A stretch of 64,000 bases of DNA from Arcobacteraceae bacterium (GTDB taxonomy: Bacteria; Campylobacterota; Campylobacteria; Campylobacterales; Arcobacteraceae), in NCBI GenBank assembly GCA_048268245.1, contig JBLWVX010000006.1:45416-109415 (forward strand), given 5' to 3'. This document shows positions 30,301 through 40,006 of this stretch, piece by piece. A program made the position numbers and the translations under genes. The first letter of the stretch is position 1, and each line of letters begins with the position of its first letter. The notes under the pieces are model-generated. The model searched no databases, was not told the origin of the DNA, and was given only the letters and a program-made list of their open reading frames with translations.

Positions 30301-30819
30301 GATGACTTTCAAAACTATTTAAAAACAGATAAGACAAAGATGCAATTTAATCTGAGTTCTAGTATAGAAAAACTTTTAAATATTGTAAAAAGTTCATTTA
30401 CAAATAACTTTATTGATATTGAACTTAGTTTGGATAAGCAAATTAATTTAAACTCTTTTGAAAACGAACTAAATCAAGCCTTATTAAATATAATCAATAA
30501 TTCAAAAGATGCTTTAAAAGAAAAAGATTTTGATGATAGATTTATAAAAATAAATACCTTTAAAAAAGCAAACAGTGCTATTATAGAAATAATTGATAAT
30601 GCAGGAGGTATTAATCCTGAAATAATTGATAGAATCTTTGAACCATACTTTACAACAAAACATAAAAGCCAAGGTACAGGCCTTGGACTATATATGACTC
30701 ATAAAATTGTTAGTGAGAGTTTAAAGGGTGAAATTAAAGTTCAAAATTTATCTTATGTTTTCCAAGAAAGAAATTTTGATAAATGTACAAAAGTAACCAT
30801 TATACTTCCACTTTCATAA
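27391..30819 (+). CDS. Sensor histidine kinase with three periplasmic substrate-binding (family 3) domains and a PAS-like domain
   Basis: Three repeats starting DWPPF / CWIPY / NWAPI; TM helix; IAHQWRQP H-box; NSKDA, DNAGG, PYFTTK, GTGLGL. Confidence 0.92.
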   Translation: MYKYIFLFFISITTLFSHYIELSTVYDKTLIFNKEELNYIKNHPIIDVGVEEDWPPFDFVENSVYKGIAKDYLDLIEKKSGLKFRYNYGYSWSELLDLAKNKKIDLLPILFKNKKREEFLEFTQKSYINIRDYLYSTKKFASIEKLNGKKIAIPKGYAQEIFIKNNYPDIKIYYVKDILEAMDAVILNKADAFISNIALVQYLIKKHNISGIKAQFLINKQNKLYMATPKDSFILKSIIDKSLNLISTSEKNLIYSKWIENNKHIQVSFFTNQEESFINKNKKIYIANELCWIPYDYYENGKPKGFVVDYIKLLFSKIGIEPIFVTDKWSALMEKFKNKEIDLLPVVAHNKKREEFLSYTKEYLKQEFILITNNYTSDIVNIDDLDGKKVALVKGWTLTSIIKKYFPSIELIEVDTLKDVFDAVKNNIANATIQNKLIGTYYINKHYSLNLKAVSEVKLKDYNNKLFMGVNKEKEELVNIINKSMDLISKSELDALNEKWLSISKDINFTREEQDFIDNKIVNVAYTDNWAPISYEENGQAYGLGFDFWEYIVKKSKLKVNLNFKSNFTEALDDIKNKRNDIIITTSQTSDRQKYSIFTDVYFKAPLGIATLQNSNYIPDGSYLLDKRVGVGKNYTAHKLLKEAYPNMNFVLLKNVQHGFELLSNGKIDALVESMPILAHNIRKYAYSNIKISGSIGINFDLQMMIRDDYEVLQSIINKVLNTMTPDEKRKIYEKWSKLEHTQAFDYSVLWKYFLPFFVIILIILYKNRQLLNYQNSLKKTQKELENTVENFRALINLTIEGIFIIKGNKILFSNIEALIMFNINKKYLHNIDFNSLFKFNDEKSLTNIISEAKTKTYELTAVKRNNKTFPILLKSKTILFKGENCDIISVIDMSEIKDKEQLIIQQSKMASLGEMIGNIAHQWRQPLSFISTAATGMKLQKEFDQLDDKTFNDTIDNIAQTTMFLSQTIDDFQNYLKTDKTKMQFNLSSSIEKLLNIVKSSFTNNFIDIELSLDKQINLNSFENELNQALLNIINNSKDALKEKDFDDRFIKINTFKKANSAIIEIIDNAGGINPEIIDRIFEPYFTTKHKSQGTGLGLYMTHKIVSESLKGEIKVQNLSYVFQERNFDKCTKVTIILPLS

Positions 30820-30890
30820 GAGATTAAAAACTTATAGAATATAATGTTTGCCATTTTATTACGGTTATTAAAGACAAAAGGAAGCAATTT

Positions 30891-32108
30891 ATGGGTAAAT
30901 CTTATTTAGAATCATATCCTGATGAAAATGGTTACTTTGGAAAATTTGGTGGGTCATTTATTCCTCCAATGTTAGAAAAACCATTTGCAGATATCACAAA
31001 AGCATATGAAGAGATTAAAAACTCTCCTGAATTTATTGAAGAGTTAAAATATGTTAGAAAGCATTTTCAAGGAAGACCAACTCCTATAACTTATGCTAAA
31101 AATTTAACAGCACACTGTGGCGGAGCTAAGATTTATTTGAAAAGAGAGGATTTAAATCATTCAGGTGCACACAAATTAAATCATTGTATGGCAGAAGTTA
31201 TCTTAGCTAAACATATGGGCTTCAAAAAAGTAATTGCAGAAACTGGTGCTGGGCAACATGGAGTAGCTTTAGCAACTGCTGCTGCTTATTTTGGCTTAGA
31301 GTGTGAAATACATATGGGTGAAGTTGATATTGCAAAAGAGCATCCAAATGTAGTTAGGATGAAAATTTTAGGTGCAAAAGTTGTTCCTGCAACTCATGGT
31401 TTAAAAACACTTAAAGAAGCAGTTGATTCTGCCTTTGAATCTTATGTATCTCAGGCTGATACTGCAATTTATTGTATTGGTTCTGTTGTAGGTCCACATC
31501 CTTTCCCAATGATGGTTAGAGATTTCCAAAGTATTATAGGAATAGAATCTCGTGAGCAATTCTTTGAACATGAAGATAATCTACCTAATAATGTAGTTGC
31601 TTGTGTTGGTGGTGGATCAAATGCTATGGGTATTTTTGCTGGTTTTATTGATGATAAAGAAGTAGAACTTTATGGAGTTGAACCAATGGGTAGAGGTAAA
31701 GAACTTGGTGAACATGCAGCTACTTTAACATATGGTACTGAGGGTGTAATGCATGGATTTAACTCTGTTATGCTAAAAGATGAAAATGGTGAACCTGCAC
31801 CTGTATATTCAATTGGTTCGGGTATTGATTACCCATCAGTTGGTCCTGAACATGCATACTTAAAAGAAACTGGTAGAACTAAAATAGGTCTTTGTAATGA
31901 CAAAGAAGCTGTTGATGCTTTTTATAAATTATCTCAATTAGAAGGTATTATTCCCGCTTTAGAATCTGCACATGCAGTTGGATTTGCTATGAAGTTAGCT
32001 AAAGAGCTTCCTTCAAGTGAAACAATCTTAGTTAATCTTAGTGGTAGAGGTGACAAGGATATTGATTTTGTTATTGAAAACCACCCTATTCCAAACGCTA
32101 AATTCTAG
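30891..32108 (+). CDS. trpB: Tryptophan synthase beta subunit
   Basis: [54 protein letters not shown]. Confidence 0.96.
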   Translation: MGKSYLESYPDENGYFGKFGGSFIPPMLEKPFADITKAYEEIKNSPEFIEELKYVRKHFQGRPTPITYAKNLTAHCGGAKIYLKREDLNHSGAHKLNHCMAEVILAKHMGFKKVIAETGAGQHGVALATAAAYFGLECEIHMGEVDIAKEHPNVVRMKILGAKVVPATHGLKTLKEAVDSAFESYVSQADTAIYCIGSVVGPHPFPMMVRDFQSIIGIESREQFFEHEDNLPNNVVACVGGGSNAMGIFAGFIDDKEVELYGVEPMGRGKELGEHAATLTYGTEGVMHGFNSVMLKDENGEPAPVYSIGSGIDYPSVGPEHAYLKETGRTKIGLCNDKEAVDAFYKLSQLEGIIPALESAHAVGFAMKLAKELPSSETILVNLSGRGDKDIDFVIENHPIPNAKF

Positions 32109-32111
32109 TAT

Positions 32112-32149
32112 ATAAAAAAGGAAAATATTTTTTTCCTTTTTTATTTTTT
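32112..32149 (+). terminator. Rho-independent terminator after trpB
   Basis: ATAAAAAAGGAAAA...TTTTCCTTTTTTAT inverted repeat followed by a T run. Confidence 0.7.
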
Positions 32150-32287
32150 AATCTCATAAATATCTAAATATAAGTAATAATTTCTTCCTATTTATGATAA
32201 GCGTAATACCTATGTTTTTAATGTGGCTTAAAATATTGTTTTGTGCTATTAGTGGTTTAGTTATGATATTTATAAGGGTAACTTTAC

Positions 32288-33184
32288 TTATGAGTTTTTT
32301 CTTTCATGGCTTATAAGATATAAACCAGAGAAGATAACAATAATAGCTCCTATAATTGTTAGCATATCTGGGATATGTTTGAAAATAAGCCAACCTAAAA
32401 TTGAAGCACTTATAATCTCTAAATATTGAAATGAGGCTAAACTTGAAGCTTTAGAGTGATAGAAAGCTTTCGAAACTAATAATTGAACTATTGTTGTTAT
32501 CACACCTAAAAGAAGTACCAACCACCAATCATTGAAATCTATTTGGTTAAAACCAAATGAATCAATATTTAAAAGCTCACAAACAACTATAATAATACTT
32601 AAAAGAATAGTTGAAACTAAACCAATATAAAATTGCAAACTTTTACTATTTGTTTTAGTAGAAACCTGTCTTAAACTAATTAAATATAAGGCATAAAAAA
32701 TAGCTGATACAATGGGAAAAATTGAAGCCATACCATAAGCAGACCAGTTTGGTCTTATAATAATTAAAGTACCAATAAGTCCAATAATTACAGCAATTAT
32801 ATGATTTTTCTGAAGTTTTTCTTTAAGTATAATTACACTTAAGAGTGTAAGTACAAGAGGTTCTATAAAAAATAGTGCTATATTATTTGCTAAAGGAAGA
32901 TACTTTAATCCCCAAAATAGGAAAACAATTGAACAACTTATGTATATACTTACTAAGATATATTTTTTATTAAAAGTAGATATCTTATATTTTAAACTGT
33001 TAGATAATATTATAAGTATAATAGCTTGTATAAGAAATCTCAACCAAGCTATTTGTAAAGTAGTATAAGAACTTGACAACCATTTTGCAATAGCATCACT
33101 AAAAGGTAGAAGCAATACAGCTAATACCATAAATATAATACCTTTAAAATTTTCTTGATTTTGATTTGTGAAAGTTTTTTGCAT
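32288..33184 (-). CDS. DMT/EamA family transporter
   Basis: About 10 hydrophobic helices, LKEKL, IIRP, two-fold EamA pattern. Confidence 0.88.
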   Translation of the reverse strand: MQKTFTNQNQENFKGIIFMVLAVLLLPFSDAIAKWLSSSYTTLQIAWLRFLIQAIILIILSNSLKYKISTFNKKYILVSIYISCSIVFLFWGLKYLPLANNIALFFIEPLVLTLLSVIILKEKLQKNHIIAVIIGLIGTLIIIRPNWSAYGMASIFPIVSAIFYALYLISLRQVSTKTNSKSLQFYIGLVSTILLSIIIVVCELLNIDSFGFNQIDFNDWWLVLLLGVITTIVQLLVSKAFYHSKASSLASFQYLEIISASILGWLIFKHIPDMLTIIGAIIVIFSGLYLISHERKNS

Positions 33185-33261
33185 TAGAGAATTATAACAA
33201 AATATAATTTTATTAAGCTTTTATTTTTATTTGATAAAATTAAGTAATACAAGGAATTAAT

Positions 33262-33864
33262 ATGAAACTAGAATATGCAGGATTAAAACCAATTATTAGT
33301 GAACATGGTATTACCTTTAAAGATGGTAAAGAAGATAAGTTTAAGTACTTAAAATACGCAGCAGAACTTTTAGAAGCTTTTGATCATGAATATAAAAGAA
33401 AAACAAACTATACCCATGAGCTTAAAGAGCAAAGATTATCGTCTAATGAGATGTTAAAACTTATATTAAAATTTCATCCTAATATCGAAAGTAGTATGCA
33501 AACTGAAATTAATTCATATTTAAAACACTTGGATGAAGAAGAAAATGATGTACAAAATAGAAGTTTATTAAATGAGCTTGAAAAAGAAGCTTTTATAAAT
33601 AATCTAAAAATAATGAGAGAATATAAAATACAAAGAGCTAGAAATAAGATTTTTTATTTTCATTGTATTGAGACAATAGTTGAACTTATTATTGAACATG
33701 AGATAAAACATATTGAAGTTCCTTTTAATGAAAGATTTTGGCATGTTCTACAAACTTTACAAGGTAAGCTTTCAGAACATAAAATATCAAGTGATATATC
33801 TACAACTAAAAATGACGAAGCATTAAAAGCCATTTTAAAAGTGGCAATCTTTCCTTCAAAATAG
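33262..33864 (+). CDS. Hypothetical protein
   Basis: 200-aa ORF with AAGGA RBS; no motif recognised. Confidence 0.75.
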   Translation: MKLEYAGLKPIISEHGITFKDGKEDKFKYLKYAAELLEAFDHEYKRKTNYTHELKEQRLSSNEMLKLILKFHPNIESSMQTEINSYLKHLDEEENDVQNRSLLNELEKEAFINNLKIMREYKIQRARNKIFYFHCIETIVELIIEHEIKHIEVPFNERFWHVLQTLQGKLSEHKISSDISTTKNDEALKAILKVAIFPSK

Positions 33865-33966
33865 TAAGTAAATAAAACTTACTATTTTATCAACTAACAA
33901 ATTACAAATACAAAAAATTAAATTATAAAGCTAAACTAACAATATATAATACAAAAAGGATTCAAT

Positions 33967-34734
33967 ATGAATACTATTTTATCAATTGCTGGTAGTGATA
34001 GTGGTGGAGGTGCTGGAATACAAGCAGATATAAAAAGTTCCTTATATCACAATGGTTTTATGACAACTGCTATTACAACTATTACAGCTCAAAATACCTT
34101 AGGTGTTCAAGGAGTAGTTCCTTTAAATCCTAGCTTTGTAAAACAACAAATAGACTCTGTAATAACAGACTTTGATGTAAAAGCTGTAAAAATAGGTATG
34201 TTAGGCTCACAAGATTTAATAGAAGTTGTAAAAGATTATATAAAGCATTTAAATATTCCAGTAGTTTTAGACCCTGTAGCAATATCAAGAGCAAATTCAA
34301 AACTTTTAGATGATGATTGTATTGAGAGTTTAAAGCAACTTTTTTCACTCGCTACACTTATCACTCCAAATAGATATGAAGCTAAAGAGTTTTTTAAAGT
34401 TGAGCATATTGAAGATATTTTATCTTGCGATAATTATGATACTAACATTTTATTCAAAGATATTGAAGATAATGAAGACTTTGCAGTTGATGTATTAAAA
34501 ACAAGTGATGGAAAACTTGAATATTTTCAAACTAAAAGAGCTAGTGATTTAAATACTCATGGTACAGGATGTTCATACAGTGCAGCAATTGCAACGCTAT
34601 TGTCTTATGATGATGATTTAAAAGCTGTAATAAAAGAAGCAAAAGAGTATATATATGAAGCAATTGTAAATGCACCTAATTTAGGGAGTGGAAATGGACC
34701 TATAAAACATAATTTAAAAGGTTTAAAATGCTAA
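33967..34734 (+). CDS. thiD: Hydroxymethylpyrimidine/phosphomethylpyrimidine kinase
   Basis: IAGSDSGGGAGIQAD, TAQNT, VKIGML, LDPV, ITPN, THGTGC. Confidence 0.96.
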   Translation: MNTILSIAGSDSGGGAGIQADIKSSLYHNGFMTTAITTITAQNTLGVQGVVPLNPSFVKQQIDSVITDFDVKAVKIGMLGSQDLIEVVKDYIKHLNIPVVLDPVAISRANSKLLDDDCIESLKQLFSLATLITPNRYEAKEFFKVEHIEDILSCDNYDTNILFKDIEDNEDFAVDVLKTSDGKLEYFQTKRASDLNTHGTGCSYSAAIATLLSYDDDLKAVIKEAKEYIYEAIVNAPNLGSGNGPIKHNLKGLKC

Positions 34735-34850
34735 AAGGTTTATACGTTATTAGTGATGATACACTAACTCCTGATGAAACTATTTATGATGATATTAAAA
34801 AAGATTTAGTTGTAAATAAAGCTGCTTATTATACAAGTCTTTTTAAATAA
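34728..34850 (+). pseudogene. thiE: Thiamine-phosphate synthase remnant with large in-frame internal deletion
   Basis: 40-aa ORF missed by the ORF track, MLKGLYVISDDTLTPDETIYDDIKKDLVVNKAAYYTSLFK, overlapping the thiD stop; 'LKGLYVI.D' is the typical ThiE N-terminus. Confidence 0.75.
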
Positions 34851-34860
34851 AGGATTTATT

Positions 34861-35616
34861 ATGTCTAAAAATATATGGATAATTGGTGCTAGTAGTGGTA
34901 TTGGCTATGAGCTTACAAAATTATATTTGCAAAATGGCTATACCGTAGTAGCAAGTTCAAGAAATGCAAAAGAGTCATACGAGTTAAATAGTTTAAAATC
35001 ATCTTTTAAACAAACTTTATATTTAAAAGACGTGGATGTTCAAAGTAGTTCATCTATAAGTGAAGCTGCTTTATTTGTATGGAAGAAATTAAATTACCTT
35101 GATGTATGTATTTTTAATGCAGGAGTTTATGAAGTCTCACCACTAAATAGTTTAAATATAGATGAGTTTGAAAAAATGACAGATATAAACTATCTTGGGG
35201 CTGTTAGACTTACAAATATTATCACAGCAAAGTTTGAAAATCAAGGTTTTGGAAAATTAGTTTTTAATGCTAGTTTATCTAGTTATTTTGGTTTACCAAA
35301 TGCAGGTGCTTATGGTGCTAGTAAAGCAGCACTTGTAAATTTTGCACAAGCTATTCAGCCAGAACTTCTAAAGAAAAATATTGAACTTCAAATAATAAAC
35401 CATGGCTTTGTAAAAACAAGACTTACAAATAAAAACAGTTTTGATATGCCTCAATTAATGAGTAGTAAAACAGCTGCAATTGAAATCTTTCATAATCTAA
35501 ACAAAGAGTATCAATTTGAAATAAAATTTCCATTTAAGCTTTCATTTTTCTTGTATTTATTAAATGTATTGCCATATAAAATCTCTTTAGCAATTACAAA
35601 AGGATTGTTAAAATGA
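34861..35616 (+). CDS. Short-chain dehydrogenase/reductase
   Basis: IGASSGIG, NAG, YGASK, GFVKT. Confidence 0.92.
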   Translation: MSKNIWIIGASSGIGYELTKLYLQNGYTVVASSRNAKESYELNSLKSSFKQTLYLKDVDVQSSSSISEAALFVWKKLNYLDVCIFNAGVYEVSPLNSLNIDEFEKMTDINYLGAVRLTNIITAKFENQGFGKLVFNASLSSYFGLPNAGAYGASKAALVNFAQAIQPELLKKNIELQIINHGFVKTRLTNKNSFDMPQLMSSKTAAIEIFHNLNKEYQFEIKFPFKLSFFLYLLNVLPYKISLAITKGLLK

Positions 35617-36044
35617 ATTATTCAAAATATATACAAAACTACGCTTTGTTTTTTGAGAATTTAAACAAAGATATATCTATACAAGAATATGAAAACATAT
35701 TTAGTAAAGATATATATTTTGAAGACCCTTTTCAAAAAACAAAAGGAATAAACTCAATATATAATATTTTTGACCATATGTATAAATCTTTAGATGAGCC
35801 AAGATTTATAGTAAAAGAGATAATTGAAAATGAGAATATTGCTTATTTACAATGGAACTTTATCTTTAAATACAAAAATAGTAAAAATATAGAAAGTTTT
35901 ACAGGAGTTAGTAGAATTGAGTTGAATGAAGACTTAAAAGTTGTATCACATATTGATTATTGGGATGCAGCTTCAAATATCTATGAAAAAGTGCCAGTAT
36001 TAAAGTCAATTTTACGTTTTATAAAAAATAAGATAAAAGCATGA
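35613..36044 (+). CDS. SnoaL/NTF2-like protein
   Basis: FEDPF..G, F..MY, G.S, HIDYWD motifs. Confidence 0.88.
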   Translation: MNYSKYIQNYALFFENLNKDISIQEYENIFSKDIYFEDPFQKTKGINSIYNIFDHMYKSLDEPRFIVKEIIENENIAYLQWNFIFKYKNSKNIESFTGVSRIELNEDLKVVSHIDYWDAASNIYEKVPVLKSILRFIKNKIKA

Positions 36045-37275
36045 ATAATAAAAGGGTTCTAATATATGGTAGTTTAGCTATTCCAATAGCAATATTAGGA
36101 ATGCCTTTATATATTTATCTTCCTACATATTACGTTGAATCAATAGGATTAAATACAGCAACTGTAGGAATAACCCTATTTATTGCAAGAGTGTTAGATG
36201 TGATAGCTGATCCATTTATTGGAAGAGCTTGTGATAGATATTTTAGTAAAAAAAGTCTTATTTTGATTGGCTCATTGCTTTAACTTTTGGCTTTTATTTT
36301 CTAATAAACCCTTTTGAAAATTATCCTACTTTATCTTTGATTTTGTTTTCTGTTATTACTTATATTGCTTGGAGTTTATTAAATATTCCTTATCTTGCAT
36401 TAAATGCAGTATTAGGAAAGAGTAGTTTTGATAATTCCAAACTATCTTTTAGTAGAGAAATTTTTGCTATTGTAGGTGTATTGCTAGTTTTATTACTTCC
36501 TTTTTTATTAGGAGTTTCTGATGATTCACAAAAAAGTTTAGAGCTTATATTTTATTTACTTGTGTTTTTGCTACCTTGTATATTAGCTATTTTTCTATCA
36601 CAAATAAAAGAGCCAACATTACAGTTGAATAATATTAGTTTTTTTAACTCTTTAAAGCTTTTTTACAATGAATTTAAAGAAGCTAAAAGACTATTTTTAG
36701 CATTTTTGATAAATAATCTAGCGAATGCAATTCCAGCAACACTCTTTTTGTTTTATGTACAGTATTATTTGCAAACACCAAAGTTTACAGGAGCTCTACT
36801 ACTTTTATATTTTATAAGTGCAATTATTGCTGTTCCTTTTTGGCTTAATTTATCAAAAAAAATGACTAAAAAGAAAACATGGGTCATATCTATGATAGTA
36901 GCTTCATTTTTCTTTTGTTTTACACCATTTATAAATGAGGGTGAATATATAAAATTTGCATTTATCACTTTTTTTACAGGTATATGCTTGGGAGCTGATA
37001 TGGCTTTGCCCTCTTCTATTCAAGCAGACTTAGCTCAAAGTTCAAAAAAAATAGGAAATGAAATATCAGGTACACTTTTTGGGTTTTGGGCTATGTTTAC
37101 AAAATTAGCCTTAGCTTTAAGTGTGGCTATTACTTTTATATGTTTAGAGTTAGTCTCTTTTGACACTGCTAATCCAAGTAGTTTTTCATTAACTGTTTTA
37201 GCTTTACTTTACTCAATTTTACCAGTACTTCTTAAAATAGTAGCTATTACACTTCTCTTAAAATATAAAAAATAA
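36041..37275 (+). pseudogene. MFS (GPH/MelB-like) transporter, frameshifted near 36280
   Basis: N-terminal part (ARVLDVIADPFIG) stops at 36283; adding one T to the CTTT run at 36278-36281 joins it in frame to the 36337-37275 ORF; could also be a homopolymer sequencing error. Confidence 0.8.
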
Positions 37276-37362
37276 CAGTTTTTTATAAAATGACAAAAAA
37301 CAGCTATTAAAAGTAATTAATAGTTGTTATTATTACTTTACTAAAACATTTAGGTGTCAATT

Positions 37363-37881
37363 ATGAGTGTAAAATTATTTATTATTTTAGCTATGTTCTC
37401 ATTATTACATTCAAAGCCTTTAAAGTCAGTCCAATTTGTTGACCCTAAATTTTTTAGTGGAATTTGGTATGAGCATGCTCGTACATTTAACAGTTTCCAA
37501 CAAAACTGTGTAGCCTCAACTGTTGAGTACTCTTTAATAGATACTAACAAATATAAAGTATTCAACAGATGTTTTGAAAACGAAATAGGTGGAAAATTAA
37601 TTGAGTATTCAGGAACTGCAAAAGCCTTGAGTAATAACTCAATGTCTAGTATGAAAATGACCTATTTTTGGATTTTTTCAAAGAAATACAATGTTATTTA
37701 TCTAAACGATTATAAAACTGCAGTTGTTGCAGATGATGATTTAGAAAACTTATGGATTATGAGTAGAAAACCTACCATGCCAAAAAAAGAACAGAAGAAA
37801 ATCATAAGTTTTTTAAGTGATTATATCGATGTAAATAGTCTAATTTATACAAAACAAGATAAAGAAGGAAGATACAAATGA
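37363..37881 (+). CDS. Lipocalin family protein
   Basis: GIWYEHAR, C...Y, V.NRC, LWIMSRKP; N-terminal signal peptide. Confidence 0.88.
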   Translation: MSVKLFIILAMFSLLHSKPLKSVQFVDPKFFSGIWYEHARTFNSFQQNCVASTVEYSLIDTNKYKVFNRCFENEIGGKLIEYSGTAKALSNNSMSSMKMTYFWIFSKKYNVIYLNDYKTAVVADDDLENLWIMSRKPTMPKKEQKKIISFLSDYIDVNSLIYTKQDKEGRYK

Positions 37882-38813
37882 AAATAGCAGTACTAGGAGC
37901 AGGAATTAGTGGTTTAGGTAGTGCTTATCTTCTAAGCAAAAGACATCAAGTAGATTTATATGAAAAAGATAGCAGACTTGGTGGGCATGCAAGAACTACA
38001 CTAGTTGAAGAAAATGGTAAAAAGTTTGGTGTTGATACAGGTTTTTTAGTTTTTAATCATGAAACATATCCTTTTTTAACAAAACTTTTTGAAAAGCTTG
38101 ATGTTAAAATAGAAAAAAGTGATATGAGTTTTGGTTTTTGGGATAAAGATGAAAATATAGCTTATAATGGAAACTCAATAGGTGGTCTATTTTTTCAGAA
38201 AAAAAACCTTTTTAATCTTTCTCATTATTCTATGATAAATGATATTATGAAGTTTAACAAAAAAGCCAATAATGATTTAGAAACTAATAGCAAAGATTTA
38301 GATAAAGATTTAGAAGGTGAATATGATGCAATCATTGCAGTTGAGATGTTTGAGGCCGTTGGGAAGGAGTATTTTGATATATTCTTCAAAAAATGTGAAG
38401 AGCTTTTAAAACCAAGTGGGGTTTTAGCTTTACAGATTATTACAATGCCTGATAATAGATATGAGTCTTATTCTAAAGGAACTGATTTTATTCAAAAATA
38501 TATCTTCCCAGGTGGTCACCTTCCAAGTGTATCAAGAATACTTAAAAGTACAAGTTCAAATACAAGATTAAATCTTTTACATATGGAAGAGTTTACAGAA
38601 GATTATGCAAAAACTTTAAATATTTGGTATGAAAATTTCAATGCAAGAATTAAAGAGATTAAAGCTTTAGGCTTTGATGATTACTTTATTAGAATGTGGA
38701 AAATGTATCTAAATTATTGTGAAGCAGCTTTTTTAACAAGAAATGTAAATCTAGTTCAAGTTGTATTTACAAGAGATCAAAATATGCACCTAAATAAAGG
38801 TTTGGTTGCATGA
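37878..38813 (+). pseudogene. Deletion chimera: N-terminus of FAD-dependent amine-oxidase-family oxidoreductase fused to C-terminus of cyclopropane-fatty-acyl-phospholipid synthase family methyltransferase
   Basis: aa 1-~140 GAGISGL, RLGGHA, VDTGFLVFN; aa ~143-311 EMFEAVG, DFIQKYIFPGGHLP, F.RMW.MYL.YCEAAF; both halves are much shorter than the full-length families. Confidence 0.85.
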
Positions 38814-39346
38814 AAACAAAAAATCTATTAGTTGTACTATTTATTGTACTTCTTTTTACAGGATGTGGAGCTATGAAACTTGAAGATTTTAATAATACAA
38901 GTCCTAAGTTTGTTGTAAAAGATTATTTCAATGGTGAACTTAAGGCATATGGTTTAGTAAAAGATAGAAGTGGTAAGATAATCAAATCTTTTAAAGCAAA
39001 AATGATTGGCTCTTGGGATGAGAATGGAGTTGGAACCTTAGATGAGTATTTTGTTTATAATAATGGAGAAACACAAAGAAGAGTTTGGACTTTAATTCCT
39101 TCAAAAAATAAAAATGAGTATATTGGAACAGCCTCTGATATAATAGGTCAAGGTATACTTAAGTCAAATGGTAATACAGTAATGATTGATTATACAATGG
39201 AAGTTCCATATAATGATTCTACTATTAATATAGATGTTAAAGATTGGTTACATTTACAAGAAGATGGTGTAATTATAAACCATTCAAAAATGAAAAAGTT
39301 TGGTTTTACTGTAGGTGAGTTAGTAATTACTATAATTAAACAATAA
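38810..39346 (+). CDS. DUF3833-like lipoprotein
   Basis: Lipobox FTGC; YFNG.L.AYG, LDEYF.Y..GE...RVW, DWL, KFG. Confidence 0.82.
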   Translation: MKTKNLLVVLFIVLLFTGCGAMKLEDFNNTSPKFVVKDYFNGELKAYGLVKDRSGKIIKSFKAKMIGSWDENGVGTLDEYFVYNNGETQRRVWTLIPSKNKNEYIGTASDIIGQGILKSNGNTVMIDYTMEVPYNDSTINIDVKDWLHLQEDGVIINHSKMKKFGFTVGELVITIIKQ

Positions 39347-39355
39347 AGGTTAGTT

Positions 39356-39997
39356 ATGTTTGATTTATCAAAAATGAGACAAGAGTATATGACAAAGGGC
39401 TTAGATTTCAAAGATTTAGATGAGTGTCCTTTTAAACAGTTCGAGCTTTGGTTTAACCAAGCAATAGATGCAAAACTTATAGAGCCAAATGCTATGAGTT
39501 TAGCAACTGTTGGTAATGATATGAAACCATCAATTAGAACTGTTTTACTTAAAACTTTTGATACAGACGGTTTTGTCTTCTTTTCAAACTATAAAAGTAA
39601 AAAAGCAAAACAAATAGATGAAAATCCATATGCAGCTATTCACTTTGCTTGGTTAGGCTTAGAGCGACAAGTAAAGATGGAAGGTAGAATTGAAAAAATC
39701 AGTAAAACTGATTCTATGAAATATTTTTTATCAAGACCAAAAGGCAGTCAACTTGGAGCTTGGGTATCACATCAAAGTGAAGTTATTAGTTCAAGAAGTT
39801 TACTTGAAGCAAAGTTTGATGAAATAAAAAATAAGTTTTCAAAAGGTGAAGTACCCTTCCCTTCTTTTTGGGGTGGTTATAAAGTAGTGCCCCAAACAAT
39901 AGAGTTTTGGCAAGGTGGGAAAAATAGACTTCATGATAGATTTGAATATAAAAGAAATGAAGATAATACTTGGGAAATAAACAGACTAGCACCATAA
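39356..39997 (+). CDS. pdxH: Pyridoxamine 5'-phosphate oxidase
   Basis: EPNAMSLAT, RTVLLK, YFLSRP, EFWQG, RLHDR, RLAP. Confidence 0.96.
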   Translation: MFDLSKMRQEYMTKGLDFKDLDECPFKQFELWFNQAIDAKLIEPNAMSLATVGNDMKPSIRTVLLKTFDTDGFVFFSNYKSKKAKQIDENPYAAIHFAWLGLERQVKMEGRIEKISKTDSMKYFLSRPKGSQLGAWVSHQSEVISSRSLLEAKFDEIKNKFSKGEVPFPSFWGGYKVVPQTIEFWQGGKNRLHDRFEYKRNEDNTWEINRLAP

Positions 39998-40006
39998 GGA
40001 TAAATA

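Noticed and set aside
30891..32108. trpB without trpA (and trpD alone at 12920-13903) as a sign of an unusual pathway
   Set aside because: Dispersed trp genes and extra trpB copies are ordinary, and the rest of the genome is not visible
33865..33966. Possible TPP riboswitch upstream of thiD
   Set aside because: The region is almost pure A/T, with no CTGAGA core or GC stems
34800..38314. AAAGATTTAG occurs at both the thiE and the FAD::cfa deletion junctions, suggesting a site-specific recombination motif
   Set aside because: The 10-mer encodes the common K-D-L and also appears in intact genes (e.g. near 19304, 24822, 39410, 61803); the photolyase junctions do not have it
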